Origin: Eledone cirrhosa
Taxonomy: Eukaryota
Direction: 5' to 3'
DNA length: 64,000 bases
Assembly (NCBI GenBank): GCA_964016885.1
Contig: OZ024751.1
Coordinates: 4,216,001 to 4,280,000 of the forward strand
How positions within the stretch are numbered: the stretch's first letter is position 1; each line of letters opens with the position of its first letter. A model generated the notes under the pieces. That model did not search any database. It had not been told where the DNA came from and was given only the letters and a program-made list of their open reading frames with translations. A program made the position numbers and the translations under genes. Shown piece by piece: positions 27,089-39,637 of the stretch.

Positions 27089-29386
27089 AACTTTGAATAA
27101 CTTTGAAATGTTTTGGCCAGTATTGGCCCAGGCCATGTCTAACTTAATAGCACCACCTGGCGAAGTCTTTCAATTCAGGATTTGGGCACCATGGCCCATT
27201 CGAGAAGAGAATTACTGTTTGCGGAGACACATCCTGGTGTGGGTGGTTTGTCCGGGATTACTTGGAGGAATTTGTCCAAAGACTTCTTGAATTTTGTGTG
27301 GTCAGTTTCTGTTTTGACGTGTCCTGGTGTGATGTTGAAGAGAGCAGGGCCGATTGAGGTGAAATAATTGTGCCGTATTGTTGTTATGAGTTGCGATTTA
27401 GATTTTTGAATGGGACGGATAGCACGGGGCCCAAGCCTTGGGTGTATCTTGAAGGCGATGCCAACATCATTTGGGCAGTGATGATGGAACATTTTCCACA
27501 TCATGCAGATAATATAACGCTCACGGCGACGTTGGAGTGAGTAAAGTTTCAGGTTTTCTAATCGACCCCAGTAGTCAAGGTCTGACATGCCATCTATCTT
27601 TTTCGTGATTGCCCTTTGAGGAGCTTCAAGTTTCATGATACTTTGTTTCGTGTGGGGAGACCACAGTGGACAACAGTATTCAAGTTGTGGTCGGGCGAAA
27701 GTAGAGAAGAGAAGGATAATGGTGCGAGAATCTCTCGACTGGAAGGTTCTGAGGATCCAGGAACACATTCTGCGGGCCATGTCAACTTTGCTGCTTATAT
27801 GCGTGGTCCAGCTTATGTTGCTGTCCACGGTTACTCCCAAGTCTCTGATGTTGTTAGATGCCACGAGAGTTTCCCCGGAGGGAAGGAAGTACGGGAGTTT
27901 CAGAGCATCCTCTTTTCTAAAGTGGATCAGTTCGAATTTGTCTTCGTTCAGTAACATGTTGTTCTTTTCTGCCCATTGGGTAACAGCCAGTAGGTCTGAC
28001 TGAAGGCTTATCCGGTCATCCACGCCATTGATGACCTTTTGGAGCTTGGAATCATCAGCGAAAATTTTAATGTTGCTGTGTTTGATGATGTCAGTGATGT
28101 CATTAATATAGATGATGAAGAGAAGTGGGCCCAACACAGTGCCTTGTGGGACCCCACTACTGACTTTGGCTGGGCTTGATTTGACTCCCTCAACTACAAC
28201 ATGTTGGGTTCTGTTTGACAGGAAGCTCTTGATCCACTGCAGCAGCTTTCCAGTGACACCAATATTGGACAGCTTTCTCAGTAGAATGTTATGATCAACC
28301 CTGTCAAAGGCCTTGCTGAAATCAAGGTAGATAACATCAGTGTTGGAACCCTCTCCCAAGGCTCTCAAAATGTCATCAAAGTGATGCAGTAGCTGCGTCA
28401 GGCAATCCCTTCCATTACGGAATCCATGCTGGTTGTAGTTCAGCATATTGTTACTCTCAAGGAAGTGGGTCATTCGCGATCTCACCACTCGCTCAAATAC
28501 CTTAATGATATGAGAGGTGAGTGAGATTGGACGGTAATTCACGGCAAGGGATTTGTTTCCCTTTTTGAAAACTGGGACAACAGACTGGGATAGAAGGTTT
28601 TCTGGCACATATCCAGCATCCAGTGAGTTCCGCCACAGATTGGCAAGAGGAGATGCAAGTTGGTGTTGACACGCCTTCAAGACACAAGCAGGGAACCTAT
28701 CGGGACCTACTGCTGAATTATGCTTGATTTCCTTTATTGCCGCCAAGACATCAGGGGCGCCAAACGTTATGTCCGATAAGGTGTAATGGGGAGTAACATC
28801 GCCGATACAGCCCAGATCGGCCATATCAGGATTGCTGAAAACAGAGCAGTATTGTTTCTGCAGTATCTCACCCATGGTTTTAGCATTGTCTTGAAGAGTG
28901 CCATTTTCATCAATTAGAGGGCCAACAGTAGAGCCAGTGATTTTGTGTTTTTTTGCAAATGAAAAGAACACTTTGGGATTGAGTTTGATCTTCTCAATGG
29001 CCCAGGCCTCTTCAGCTCTTCTCTGATTGTTGATGAGGGACATTATGTTGTTTTGGAGGTTATGTTTTTTAATCTCTAGTGATGAAATGGCAGTCAAGTT
29101 GATGTGTTGCTGCTGACAGTATTTCAGCTTGTTGATTTTTTTGTTCGTTCTCTTAATTTTTCTGATGAGCGTTTTTCTATTTCTAGGGATTCTGCTCTTA
29201 GATTTGTTTATATTTCTTAATGGGGCGTGTTTAGCACATATGTTTGTAACAGTGTCCACAAATGTCTGCCAGGACTTTTTGATGTTAGTGGGTGTATGAG
29301 TGTGCGTGAAGGACCAGTCGACATGTGCAAGATCATGACTGATCGCTTCCCAGTTTGCATTGTGGAAATCCATAGCGTCAAACGAT
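27088..29386 (-). mobile_element. CR1-like LINE, 5'-truncated, with an uninterrupted RT frame
   Basis: [79 protein letters not shown]. Short 3' UTR ending in a caaagttat repeat. Confidence 0.93.
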
Positions 29387-29517
29387 GTATATATATGTAT
29401 AGGTAAGTATATGTATAGGTATGTATATATATATATATGTATATATATGTATAGGTATGTATATATATATATATATATGTATAGGTATGTATATATATAT
29501 ATATATATGTATAGGTA

Positions 29518-29549
<32 letters not shown>

Positions 29550-29551
29550 GG

Positions 29552-29594
<43 letters not shown>

Positions 29595-29601
29595 GTATAG
29601 G

Positions 29602-29650
<49 letters not shown>

Positions 29651-29881
29651 GTATAGGTATGTATATATATATATATATGTATAGGTATGTATATATATAT
29701 ATGTATAGGTATGTATATATATATGTATATATATATATATATATGTATAGGTATGTATATATATATGTATATATATATGTATATATATATATGTATATGT
29801 ATATGTATGTATATAAATATATATATATATGTATGTATATATATATATGTATATGAATGTATATATATATATATATGTATG

Positions 29882-29942
<61 letters not shown>

Positions 29943-29983
29943 ATGTATGTATATGTATGTATATGTATGTATATATATGTATG

Positions 29984-30017
<34 letters not shown>

Positions 30018-30169
30018 TGTATATGTATGTATATATATATGTATATGTATGTATATATATATGTATATGTATGTATATATATATGTATATGTATATATAT
30101 ATATATGTATATATATATATGTATATGTATATATATATATGTATATGTATGTATATATATATGTATATG

Positions 30170-30206
<37 letters not shown>

Positions 30207-30480
30207 GTATATGTATGTATATATATATATATATGTGTATGTATATATATATGTGTATGTATATATATATATATATATGTGTATGTATATATATATATAT
30301 ATATATATGTATATGTATGTATATATATATGTATATGTATGTATATATATATGTATATGTATGTATATATATATGTATATGTATGTATATATATATATAT
30401 ATATATGTGTATGTATATATATATATATATGTGTATGTATATATATATATATATATGTGTATGTATATATATATGTGTTT

Positions 30481-30511
<31 letters not shown>

Positions 30512-30897
30512 TATGTATATATATATATATATATGTGTATGTATATATATATATATGTGTATGTATATATATATATATATATATGTGTGTATGTATATAT
30601 ATATATATGTGTGTATGTATATATATATATATGTGTGTATGTATATATATATATGTATATGTTTGTATATATATGTATATGTATGTATATATATATATGT
30701 ATATATATGTATATGTATGTATATATATATATATGTATATATATGTATATGTATGTATATATATATATATATATATGTATATGTATATATGTATATGTAT
30801 GTATATATATATATGTATATGTATATATATGTATATATATGTATATGTATGTATATATATATATATATATGTATATGTATATGTATGTATATGTATG

Positions 30898-30946
<49 letters not shown>

Positions 30947-31127
30947 GTATATATATGTATATGTATATATATGTATATATATATATATGTATATATTGTA
31001 TATGTATGTATATTATATATATGTATATATATGTACATGTATGTATATATGTATATGTATGTATATATGTATATGTATATATATATATGTATATATATAT
31101 GTATATATATATATATGTATATGTATG

Positions 31128-31158
<31 letters not shown>

Positions 31159-31212
31159 GTATATATATGTATATGTATATATATGTACATGTATGTATAT
31201 ATGTACATGTAT
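29387..31212. repeat. ~1.8-kb (TA)n/(TATG)n tract
   Basis: Direct reading. Confidence 0.97.
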
Positions 31213-31532
31213 GCATGAAACGCCACATCCTTTCTCTGGCCCAGCAGTCCAATCATCACCACTGCCAACATCTCTGCCTACTACTACTACTACAACATTT
31301 TTGTCTACTGCTATGTCAAGGAATTTACCTTCTAATACCAGAACAAGAACTCTCCCTCCCACAGTCCACAAAGGTCGTCAAATCCTACCCAAACCATCAT
31401 CTACACCTCTCACAACACACACACCCACATACCCACCCACTCGAAACCCCATCATTTGCCGCTACTCTCTACGCTATAGAATATGTACGGATAGTGGCTG
31501 CAAATTCACCCATTTACCTAGGACAAAACGAT
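31213..31532 (+). mobile_element. Pro/Thr-rich coding fragment ending in a CCCH-like zinc finger, possibly LINE ORF1
   Basis: ..[33 protein letters not shown] (C-x8-C-x4-C-x3-H). Confidence 0.4.
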
Positions 31533-31540
31533 CTATCCCC

Positions 31541-32140
31541 ACGATAAAAACAAATAACGAAATGAACTGTAAAGTGTCTAGTGAAAAACTCAGTACATGT
31601 ACATATGTATACATGTGTGTATTTATATGCATACTAATACTTCCGTATACATATGTAGATGTACACTTTAACTTAATTGTTTAAGCGTCAGTCATACAAA
31701 AGTGAGTTAGAAGCGAAACGAAATTTAATTTCGTTTCGTTATTTGTTTTTATCGTTTCCGCTGAACCGGTGCGTACAATGACTCACGTTCTATGCAAATT
31801 AGTCTACCCACTACTAATTTTCATAGAAAAAGCATATAACGATATGTGCTTTTACAATTCTCCAGAGAAGCCGGAAGATGGGTAAATATTGCTGATGAGA
31901 TGTAATAACATCGAAACTAGTCCAATATTCCTGTCTGGCCCTCTGGGGAATAGAGGAAATGTGTTTCCTTGAAAACTCGTATGACTCTAAAACCCGGTCC
32001 GTCTGTGTGGTTACATACAGACTAGCTGACACTCACTGTAAAGTGTTTAGTGAAAAACTCAGTACATGTACATATGTATACATGTGTGTATTTATATGCA
32101 TACTAATACTTCCGTATACATATGTAGATGTACAACTTAA
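31541..32140 (+). mobile_element. Dispersed retrozyme-like element, ~1.2 monomers of a 469-bp unit; diverged relative of the 470-bp satellite
   Basis: ~99-bp direct repeat at 31566 and 32035 (offset 469). Octamer 31792-31799, hammerhead 31885-31929, 26-bp inverted piece at 31541-31566. Confidence 0.75.
31858..31950 (+). ncRNA. Type I hammerhead ribozyme with extended stem I
   Basis: aatattg-CTGATGA-gatgt-aata-acatc-GAAA-ctag-TC-caatatt. GUC triplet, predicted cut after 31922. Distal stems gccgga/tctggc and ttctccagag/ctctggggaa. Confidence 0.88.
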
Positions 32141-32595
32141 TTATATATATATGTATATATATATATTTATATATATATGTATATATATATATTTATATAT
32201 ATATGTATATATATATGTATATATATATGTATATATATGTATATATATATATTTATATATATATGTATATGTATATATATTTATATATATATGTATATAT
32301 ATGTATATATATATATTTATATATATATGTATATATATGTATATATATATATGTATATATATGTGTATATATATATTTATATATATATGTATATATATGT
32401 ATATATATATATGTATATATATGTGTATATATATATTTATATATATATGTATATATATGTATATATATATATTTATATATATGTATATATATGTATATAT
32501 ATATGTATATATATATATTTATATATATATGTATATTTATATATATATGTATATATATGTATATATATATATTCATATATATATGTATATATATG

Positions 32596-32626
<31 letters not shown>

Positions 32627-32651
32627 TTATATATATATGCATATATATGTT

Positions 32652-32684
<33 letters not shown>

Positions 32685-32773
32685 TTATATATATATGTAT
32701 ATATATGTTTATATATATATATATGTATATATATATATTTATATATATATGTATATATATGTATATATATATA

Positions 32774-33598
32774 CATTCCGGAACCAACAAATGGTATTAC
32801 GTCGGATGTACTGCAACTTCTTTCAAGGCTCGCCTATACCAACATTGATCTTCGATCAGGCACGAGAAAATGCGCTCTGTAACAACCCTCGCCGATAAAG
32901 CCTGGCAGCTCCGGAGGAACAATCAAGCATTCAACGTCGGTAAACAAACTTTTGAACAGCAATATTGAACGTTCTCTATACTGTAACCATCGTTTGAAAA
33001 CGACTTTTTCTTTTTTTAAATGCATATAATGTTACCTCTTTACACCACCGTTTGCAAATTTCTGTTTTATATGTTTATACACAAGATATGGCTTTCTATA
33101 ATAATAGTACTAAACACTGTTTTCTGGACCCCTTTAGAAATAACCTGCTACTATAATAGCTCCAACAACTTGTCTGTGACACTGTACCACTTTGACCCCT
33201 TTAACTAAATTTTCTCCGAACAACACCACTGGAAGAATTTACTTTTCCCCGCCAACCCTAACACGCCTCATTAAGCTAACTGCTGCCAAAACATTCTCCC
33301 CTTACAATCTCTACTAGTCTGACAGTCTTAAATCCTAAGACTCCCTCCACCTTACTCACTTCCCTCTTCCCCTTCTCTTCCTACCTCCTTCTTTATCTTT
33401 TATCTAGTGTATAAAATATTTTCATATCATTCCAATACAAAGGTCTGACGACATGGTGTATTTGCTTACAGTGTACCTTCGGTTTATGATAATATTTTTA
33501 TATTATTCAGATAGCGAGGTATAGGTAACCCATACACTATAGAAACAATTGTTACCTAATAAATTCTGTATACCCGCATTTCCATTTCATAAACTTCT

Positions 33599-33600
<2 letters not shown>
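32774..33600 (+). mobile_element. Penelope-like element 3' fragment (GIY-YIG endonuclease remnant plus terminal region with hammerhead)
   Basis: [38 protein letters not shown] fits the YIG-T..R..H motif of PLE endonucleases. Hammerhead and AATAAA lie downstream. Confidence 0.75.
33441..33557 (+). ncRNA. Type I hammerhead motif with a very long stem II
   Basis: aggt-CTGACGA-catggtgtat...atacactata-GAAA-caattg-TT-acct-aataaa. Confidence 0.65.
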
Positions 33601-33629
<29 letters not shown>

Positions 33630-33785
33630 GTATATATAGATGAGATTCTACAGGACTAGAACTGTTTCATTCTTTAGAAATCATTGTATATATATATATA
33701 TATATGTATATGTATATATATATGTCTATATATATATATATATGTCTATATATATATATATGTCTATATTTATATATATATATGT

Positions 33786-33816
<31 letters not shown>

Positions 33817-33821
33817 TATAT

Positions 33822-33976
33822 ACTGTAAATGTGGTTGGTGTTAGGAAGGGCATCCAACTGTAGAAAACCCGCCAGACAGTCCTCTGCGAGCAGGACAACC
33901 ACTCTTGCCTCAAGTGGGGAAAACTCCCGTCCAAACCCATGCAAGCGTGGAACATGGACGTTAAACGATGATGATG
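33822..33976 (+). mobile_element. RTE LINE extreme 3' UTR fragment
   Basis: Matches ~23208-23365 and ends in gatgatgatg. Confidence 0.85.
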
Positions 33977-34268
33977 TGGGACGGGAACTGATTCTGGCTC
34001 GATTTCTACAGGTGGATGCCCTTCCTAACACCAGCCTCATTTACAGTGAGTGCTGGGTGCTTTTTTCCCGTGGCACCTCCACGACCACTTTACAGTGGAA
34101 TGATAGGTACACCAGTCCCTATCATCTCATTTCTACAGCTGAGTAAACTGGAACAATGTGATATAAAGTATCTTGCTCAAGGAAGCAACACATCACCCGG
34201 TCTGAGAATTGAACTCACAACCTTTTGATTGCAAGGCAAATGCTCTAACCACTAAGCCATGTGCCTCC
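33976..34268 (-). mobile_element. tRNA-derived CORE-like SINE (copy 3), 3' end lost at the junction with the RTE tail
   Basis: Co-linear with 7076-7420. Confidence 0.85.
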
Positions 34269-34372
34269 ATATATATATGTATATATGTATATGTATATAT
34301 GTATATGTATATATATATGTATATATGTGTATATATATATGTGTATATATATATTTATATATATATATATAT

Positions 34373-34781
34373 CCGGGAGAGATGACCCCTTAGCCTTTGT
34401 CAAGGCAGAATTCTAGGAGAAGGAAAACTCTGATGTAACACCTGCAACACTGATGGTATCCAATGATGTTGACTTGTTCTTCTTTTTGGTAAACATCATC
34501 TTGGTTAACAGAGTGGGACTGGCTTTGTGCAGTGCCTTTGCTCACTATAAAAGCTTCATGGCACAGGCATTGCTTTATATCTGGATATCTCTCTACACTT
34601 GTTATCACATGGTACCATGGGCCCAGCACTATGTGACAATAATTGTCACAAGTGTGGTGTTTGTACCAGAGTTTTCAAGTCGCTGGCTGGACTAAAAAGT
34701 CACACTCGTTCAACGCATCGGTAGTGGTACTCCTACATGGATATAAAGTAGTGGCCGTACTCAAAAACGAGTTGACAGCCA

Positions 34782-34783
<2 letters not shown>
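34373..34783 (+). mobile_element. ~410-bp non-autonomous RTE-related retroposon (copy 2)
   Basis: Co-linear with 23598-24008. Confidence 0.6.
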
Positions 34784-34854
<71 letters not shown>

Positions 34855-34897
34855 CATATACATATATATAAATACATATACATATATATATACATAT

Positions 34898-35541
34898 AGA
34901 AATTACATGAATCAAAGTTCTGTTCAAATCATTTATTCGCTTACAATTGTTTCTTCCAAACCGAGTCGGAGCAATTTTTCAATGATCGTTTACATACTTG
35001 ACCTCCTTTTCAACACAAGAGACATACAGAAACATATGTATATATTGATGCACAGTGGCTTGACATCCATTATAATATTTAAGCATGGCAGTTTACATTC
35101 AAAGATTAAAGGCATATTAAAAGAAAATTACAACAAAATTAAAGTTATAAAACAACATTGGCAGTTTACGAAGATGAGGCAGGAGGATAGTTAGAAGTAG
35201 TGAGTTACACGTGGGGCATGCACGTGCGTCCTATTTATATAAGATTATAGTGCGGTAAGGTGTTATATGGAATATAAGCACTTTAAGCGGGCAATCAAGA
35301 GTATTATGGGGGTTGTATAGTATTTTATATGTATGATATAGAAGCTTGTGTGCAGAGAAATATTTAAAATTTAAAATATTAGGAATGAGAAGCAAAACAG
35401 TGTTATGGTTTTTCGTATACACCACCATTTTCACAATCCAGGAAATGTAATATATAGATTATATGTCCTTCACATAATCTACGATGATTCAATATTGGAT
35501 GCTTGATGAATTAGGTTGGAATATTCCAACCTAATTCATCA
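34898..35541 (-). mobile_element. Probable Penelope-like 3' fragment with a decayed hammerhead
   Basis: Minus strand: TTGAAAA..tccgac-tcg-gtttgga-aGAAAcaattgTA..aataaa near 34930-34985. Weak endonuclease C-terminus-like peptide HRRLCEGHII. 38-bp palindrome at the 5' junction. Confidence 0.4.
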
Positions 35542-36125
35542 TGTATATATATATATGTATATATATATGTATATATATATATATATATGTATATATATGT
35601 ATATATATATATATGTATATATATATATGTATATATATATATGTATATATATATATGTATATTATATATGTATATATATATATGTATATTATATATGTAT
35701 ATATATATATGTATATTATATATATATATGTATATATATGTATATGTATATATATGTATATGTATATATATGTATATGTATATATATGTATATATATATA
35801 TATATGTATATGTATATATATGTATATATGTATATATATGTATATATATATATGTATATATATGTGTATATATATATGTATATATATATATGTATATATA
35901 TATGTATATATATGTATATATATGTATATATATGTATATATATATGTATATATATATGTATATATATGTATATATATATGTATATATGTATATATATGTA
36001 TATATGTATATATATGTATATATATGTATATATATATGTATATATATGTATATATATATATGTATATTATATATATATATGTATATGTATATATATGTAT
36101 ATATATATATATATGTATATATATG

Positions 36126-36156
<31 letters not shown>

Positions 36157-36505
36157 GTATATATATGTATGTATATATATGTATATATGTATATATATGT
36201 ATATATATGTATATATATATATGTATATATATATATGTATATATATATGTATATATATGTATATATATATGTATATATATGTATATATATATATGTATAT
36301 ATATGTATATATATATATGTATATATATATGTATATATATGTATATATATATGTATATATATATGTATATATATATGTATATATATATGTATATATATAT
36401 GTATATATGTATATATATGTATGTATATATGTATATATATGTATATATATATGTATATATATATGTGTATATATATATATATGTATATATATGTATATAT
36501 GTATA

Positions 36506-36552
<47 letters not shown>

Positions 36553-36835
36553 GTATATATATATATGTATATATGTATATATATATGTATATATATATGT
36601 ATATATATATATATATGTATATATATGTATATATATATGTATATATATATGTATATATATATGTATATATATATGTATATATATATATATGTATGTATAT
36701 ATATATATATGTATATATATGTATATATATATGTATATATATGTATATATATATGTATATATATATGTATATATATGTGTATATATATGTATATATATAT
36801 GTATATATATATGTATATATATGTATATATATATG

Positions 36836-36866
<31 letters not shown>

Positions 36867-37357
36867 GTATATATATATGTATATATATGTATATATATAT
36901 GTATATATATATGTATATATATGTATATATATATGTATATATATATGTATATATATGTGTATATATATATGTATATATATATGTATATATATATATGTAT
37001 ATATATGTGTATATATATATGTATATATATATGTATATATATATGTATATATATATATGTATATATATGTGTATATATATGTATATATATATGTATATAT
37101 ATATATGTATATATATGTGTATATATATGTATATATATATGTATATATATATGTATATATATATATGTATATATATGTGTATATATATGTATATATATAT
37201 GTATATATATATATGTATATATATGTGTATATATATGTATATATATATATGTATATATATGTGTATATATATGTATATATATATGTATATATATATATGT
37301 ATATATATGTGTATATATATGTATATATATATATGTATATACATACATATATATATA
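35542..37357. repeat. ~1.8-kb (TA)n/(TATG)n tract
   Basis: Direct reading. Confidence 0.97.
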
Positions 37358-37733
37358 CCCCTTAGCCTTTGTCAAGGCAGAATTCTAGGAGAAAGAAATC
37401 TCTGATATAACACCTGCAACTCTGATGGTATCCAATGATGTTGACTTGTTCTTCTTTTTGGTAAATATCATCTTGGTTAAGAGAGTGGGACTAGCTTTGT
37501 GCAGTGCCTTTGCTCACTATAAAAGCTTCACGGCACAGGCATTGCTTTATATCTGGAGATCTCTCTGCCCTTGTCGTTAGATGGTACCATGGGCCCAGCA
37601 CTGTGTCAATAATTGTCACAAGTGTAGTGTTTGTACCAGAGTTTTCAAGTCGCTGGCTTGACTAAAAAGTCACACTCGTTCAGCGCATCGATATAAAGTA
37701 GTGGCCGTACTCGAAAAGGAGTTGGCAGCCACC
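37358..37733 (+). mobile_element. ~410-bp non-autonomous RTE-related retroposon (copy 3, small deletion)
   Basis: Co-linear with 23598-24008. Confidence 0.6.
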
Positions 37734-37744
37734 ATATATATATG

Positions 37745-37775
<31 letters not shown>

Positions 37776-37776
37776 G

Positions 37777-37838
<62 letters not shown>

Positions 37839-37942
37839 GTATATATATTATATATATGTATATGTATATATGTATATGTATATATATAAATATATATATA
37901 TATATGTATATATATATACATGTATATATATATCTATGTATA

Positions 37943-38286
37943 TCATCATCATCATCATCATCATTTTACGTCCGCTTTTCCCCGCTTGCAAGGGTGGGAC
38001 GGGAACTGATACTGGCTTGATTTCTACAGCTGGATGCCCTTCCTAACACCAACCTCATTTACAGTGAGTGCTGGGTGCTTTTTTGACGTGGCACCTCCAC
38101 GACCACTTTGCAGTGGAATGATAGGGACCCCTGTCCCTATCATCTCATTTATACAGCTGAGTAAACTGGAGCAATTTGAAATAAAGTCTCTTGCTCAAGG
38201 AAACAACACATCACCCGGTCCGAGAATTGAACTCACAACCTTTCGATTGCAAGGCGAATTCTCTAACCACTAAGCTATATGCCTCC
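37943..38286 (-). mobile_element. tRNA-derived CORE-like SINE (copy 4)
   Basis: Co-linear with 7076-7420. Confidence 0.85.
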
Positions 38287-38328
38287 AATATATATATGTA
38301 TATATGTATATATATATGTATATATATA

Positions 38329-38375
<47 letters not shown>

Positions 38376-38698
38376 GTATATATGTATATATGTATATATA
38401 TATGTGTGTATATATGTATATATATATATATGTATATATGTATATATATATGTGTGTATATATGTATATATATATATATGTATATATGTATATATATATG
38501 TGTGTATATATGTATATATATATGTGTGTATATATGTGTGTATATATGTATATATATATGTATATATATATGTATATATATATGTATATATATATGTATA
38601 TATATATATGTATATATATATATGTATATATATATATGTATATATATATATATGTATGTATATATATATGTATATATATGTATATATATATGTATATA

Positions 38699-38740
<42 letters not shown>

Positions 38741-38890
38741 AAGAATGAATAATAACAGGTAGACATCATAAAAAGGTAGTTTATTCCGTGTGCTTACAAG
38801 TGTTTCCACGGTGGTACTGCAGCCTAGTTCCGCTACGTGCAAATTCACAAGTATTTGCAGAACTCGAATATCCAATGCTGTGACCACTGT
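38741..38890 (-). mobile_element. Penelope-like terminal fragment truncated inside a hammerhead motif
   Basis: Minus strand: long hairpin cagtggt..cagc...gctg..accaccg, then GAAA-cacttg-TA..aataaa. The CUGANGA half is missing. Confidence 0.4.
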
Positions 38891-39171
38891 ATATATATGT
38901 ATATATATATATAAGTATATATATATGTATATATATATGTATATATATGTATATATATATGTATATATATGTATATATATATATGTATATATATATGTAT
39001 ATATATATGTATATATATATATGTATATATATGTGTATATATATGTATATATATATATGTATATATATGTGTATATATATGTATATATATATGTATATAT
39101 ATATGTGTATATATATGTATATATATATGTATATATATATGTATATATATATATATGTATATATATGTGTA

Positions 39172-39207
<36 letters not shown>

Positions 39208-39493
39208 AATTGAAACAAAATGAAAACGAAATTTCATTTCTCACTCTTAGTATGGCACTTACTTAAATGTAAGTATGCATGTATACGTACATACATATAT
39301 GTATACAGACGTACAGTAGCATGCACATATATATATATATATATATACACATATATATACATATGCATACAGGTACACATACATATATGCACGTATCAGT
39401 TTAGCGGCGCTAACGTCGCTTTGTTCGTTTGTAAACAAACTGAACAGCCTGAATTTATGCCATACGGTGTTAAGTCAACCACGTCACCTTTTT

Positions 39494-39580
39494 GTTCAAC
39501 ACTGACACAGGAACGATGTACTAGTTTCAAGCTTGTTAGCTATCATCAGCACCGTTTACCCATCTGCCAGATAGTTGAAC
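39494..39580 (-). ncRNA. Type I hammerhead ribozyme of monomer 1 (recurs every ~470 bp)
   Basis: Minus strand: aacggtg-CTGATGA-t-agct-aaca-agct-t-GAAA-ctag-TA-catcgtt. GUA triplet, predicted cut between 39519 and 39518. Distal stems ctggca/tgtcag and gttcaac/gttgaac. Confidence 0.88.
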
Positions 39581-39629
39581 GTTCGAAAGTATATACTTTC
39601 CTTATGAAAATTAACGGCTGAGCAGCCTA

Positions 39630-39637
39630 ATTTGCAT
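39630..39637 (-). promoter_or_regulatory. Octamer motif ATGCAAAT, once per monomer
   Basis: Exact match 88 bp upstream of CTGATGA. Also present 100 bp upstream of CTGATGA in the diverged relative (31792-31799). Confidence 0.5.

Noticed and set aside
23900-37405. Very long YI/YM/HI-rich ORFs, including the N-terminal half of 27175..31371
   Set aside because: These are translations of (TA)n/(TATG)n tracts, which lack stop codons. Only 27175-29386 is real RT sequence.
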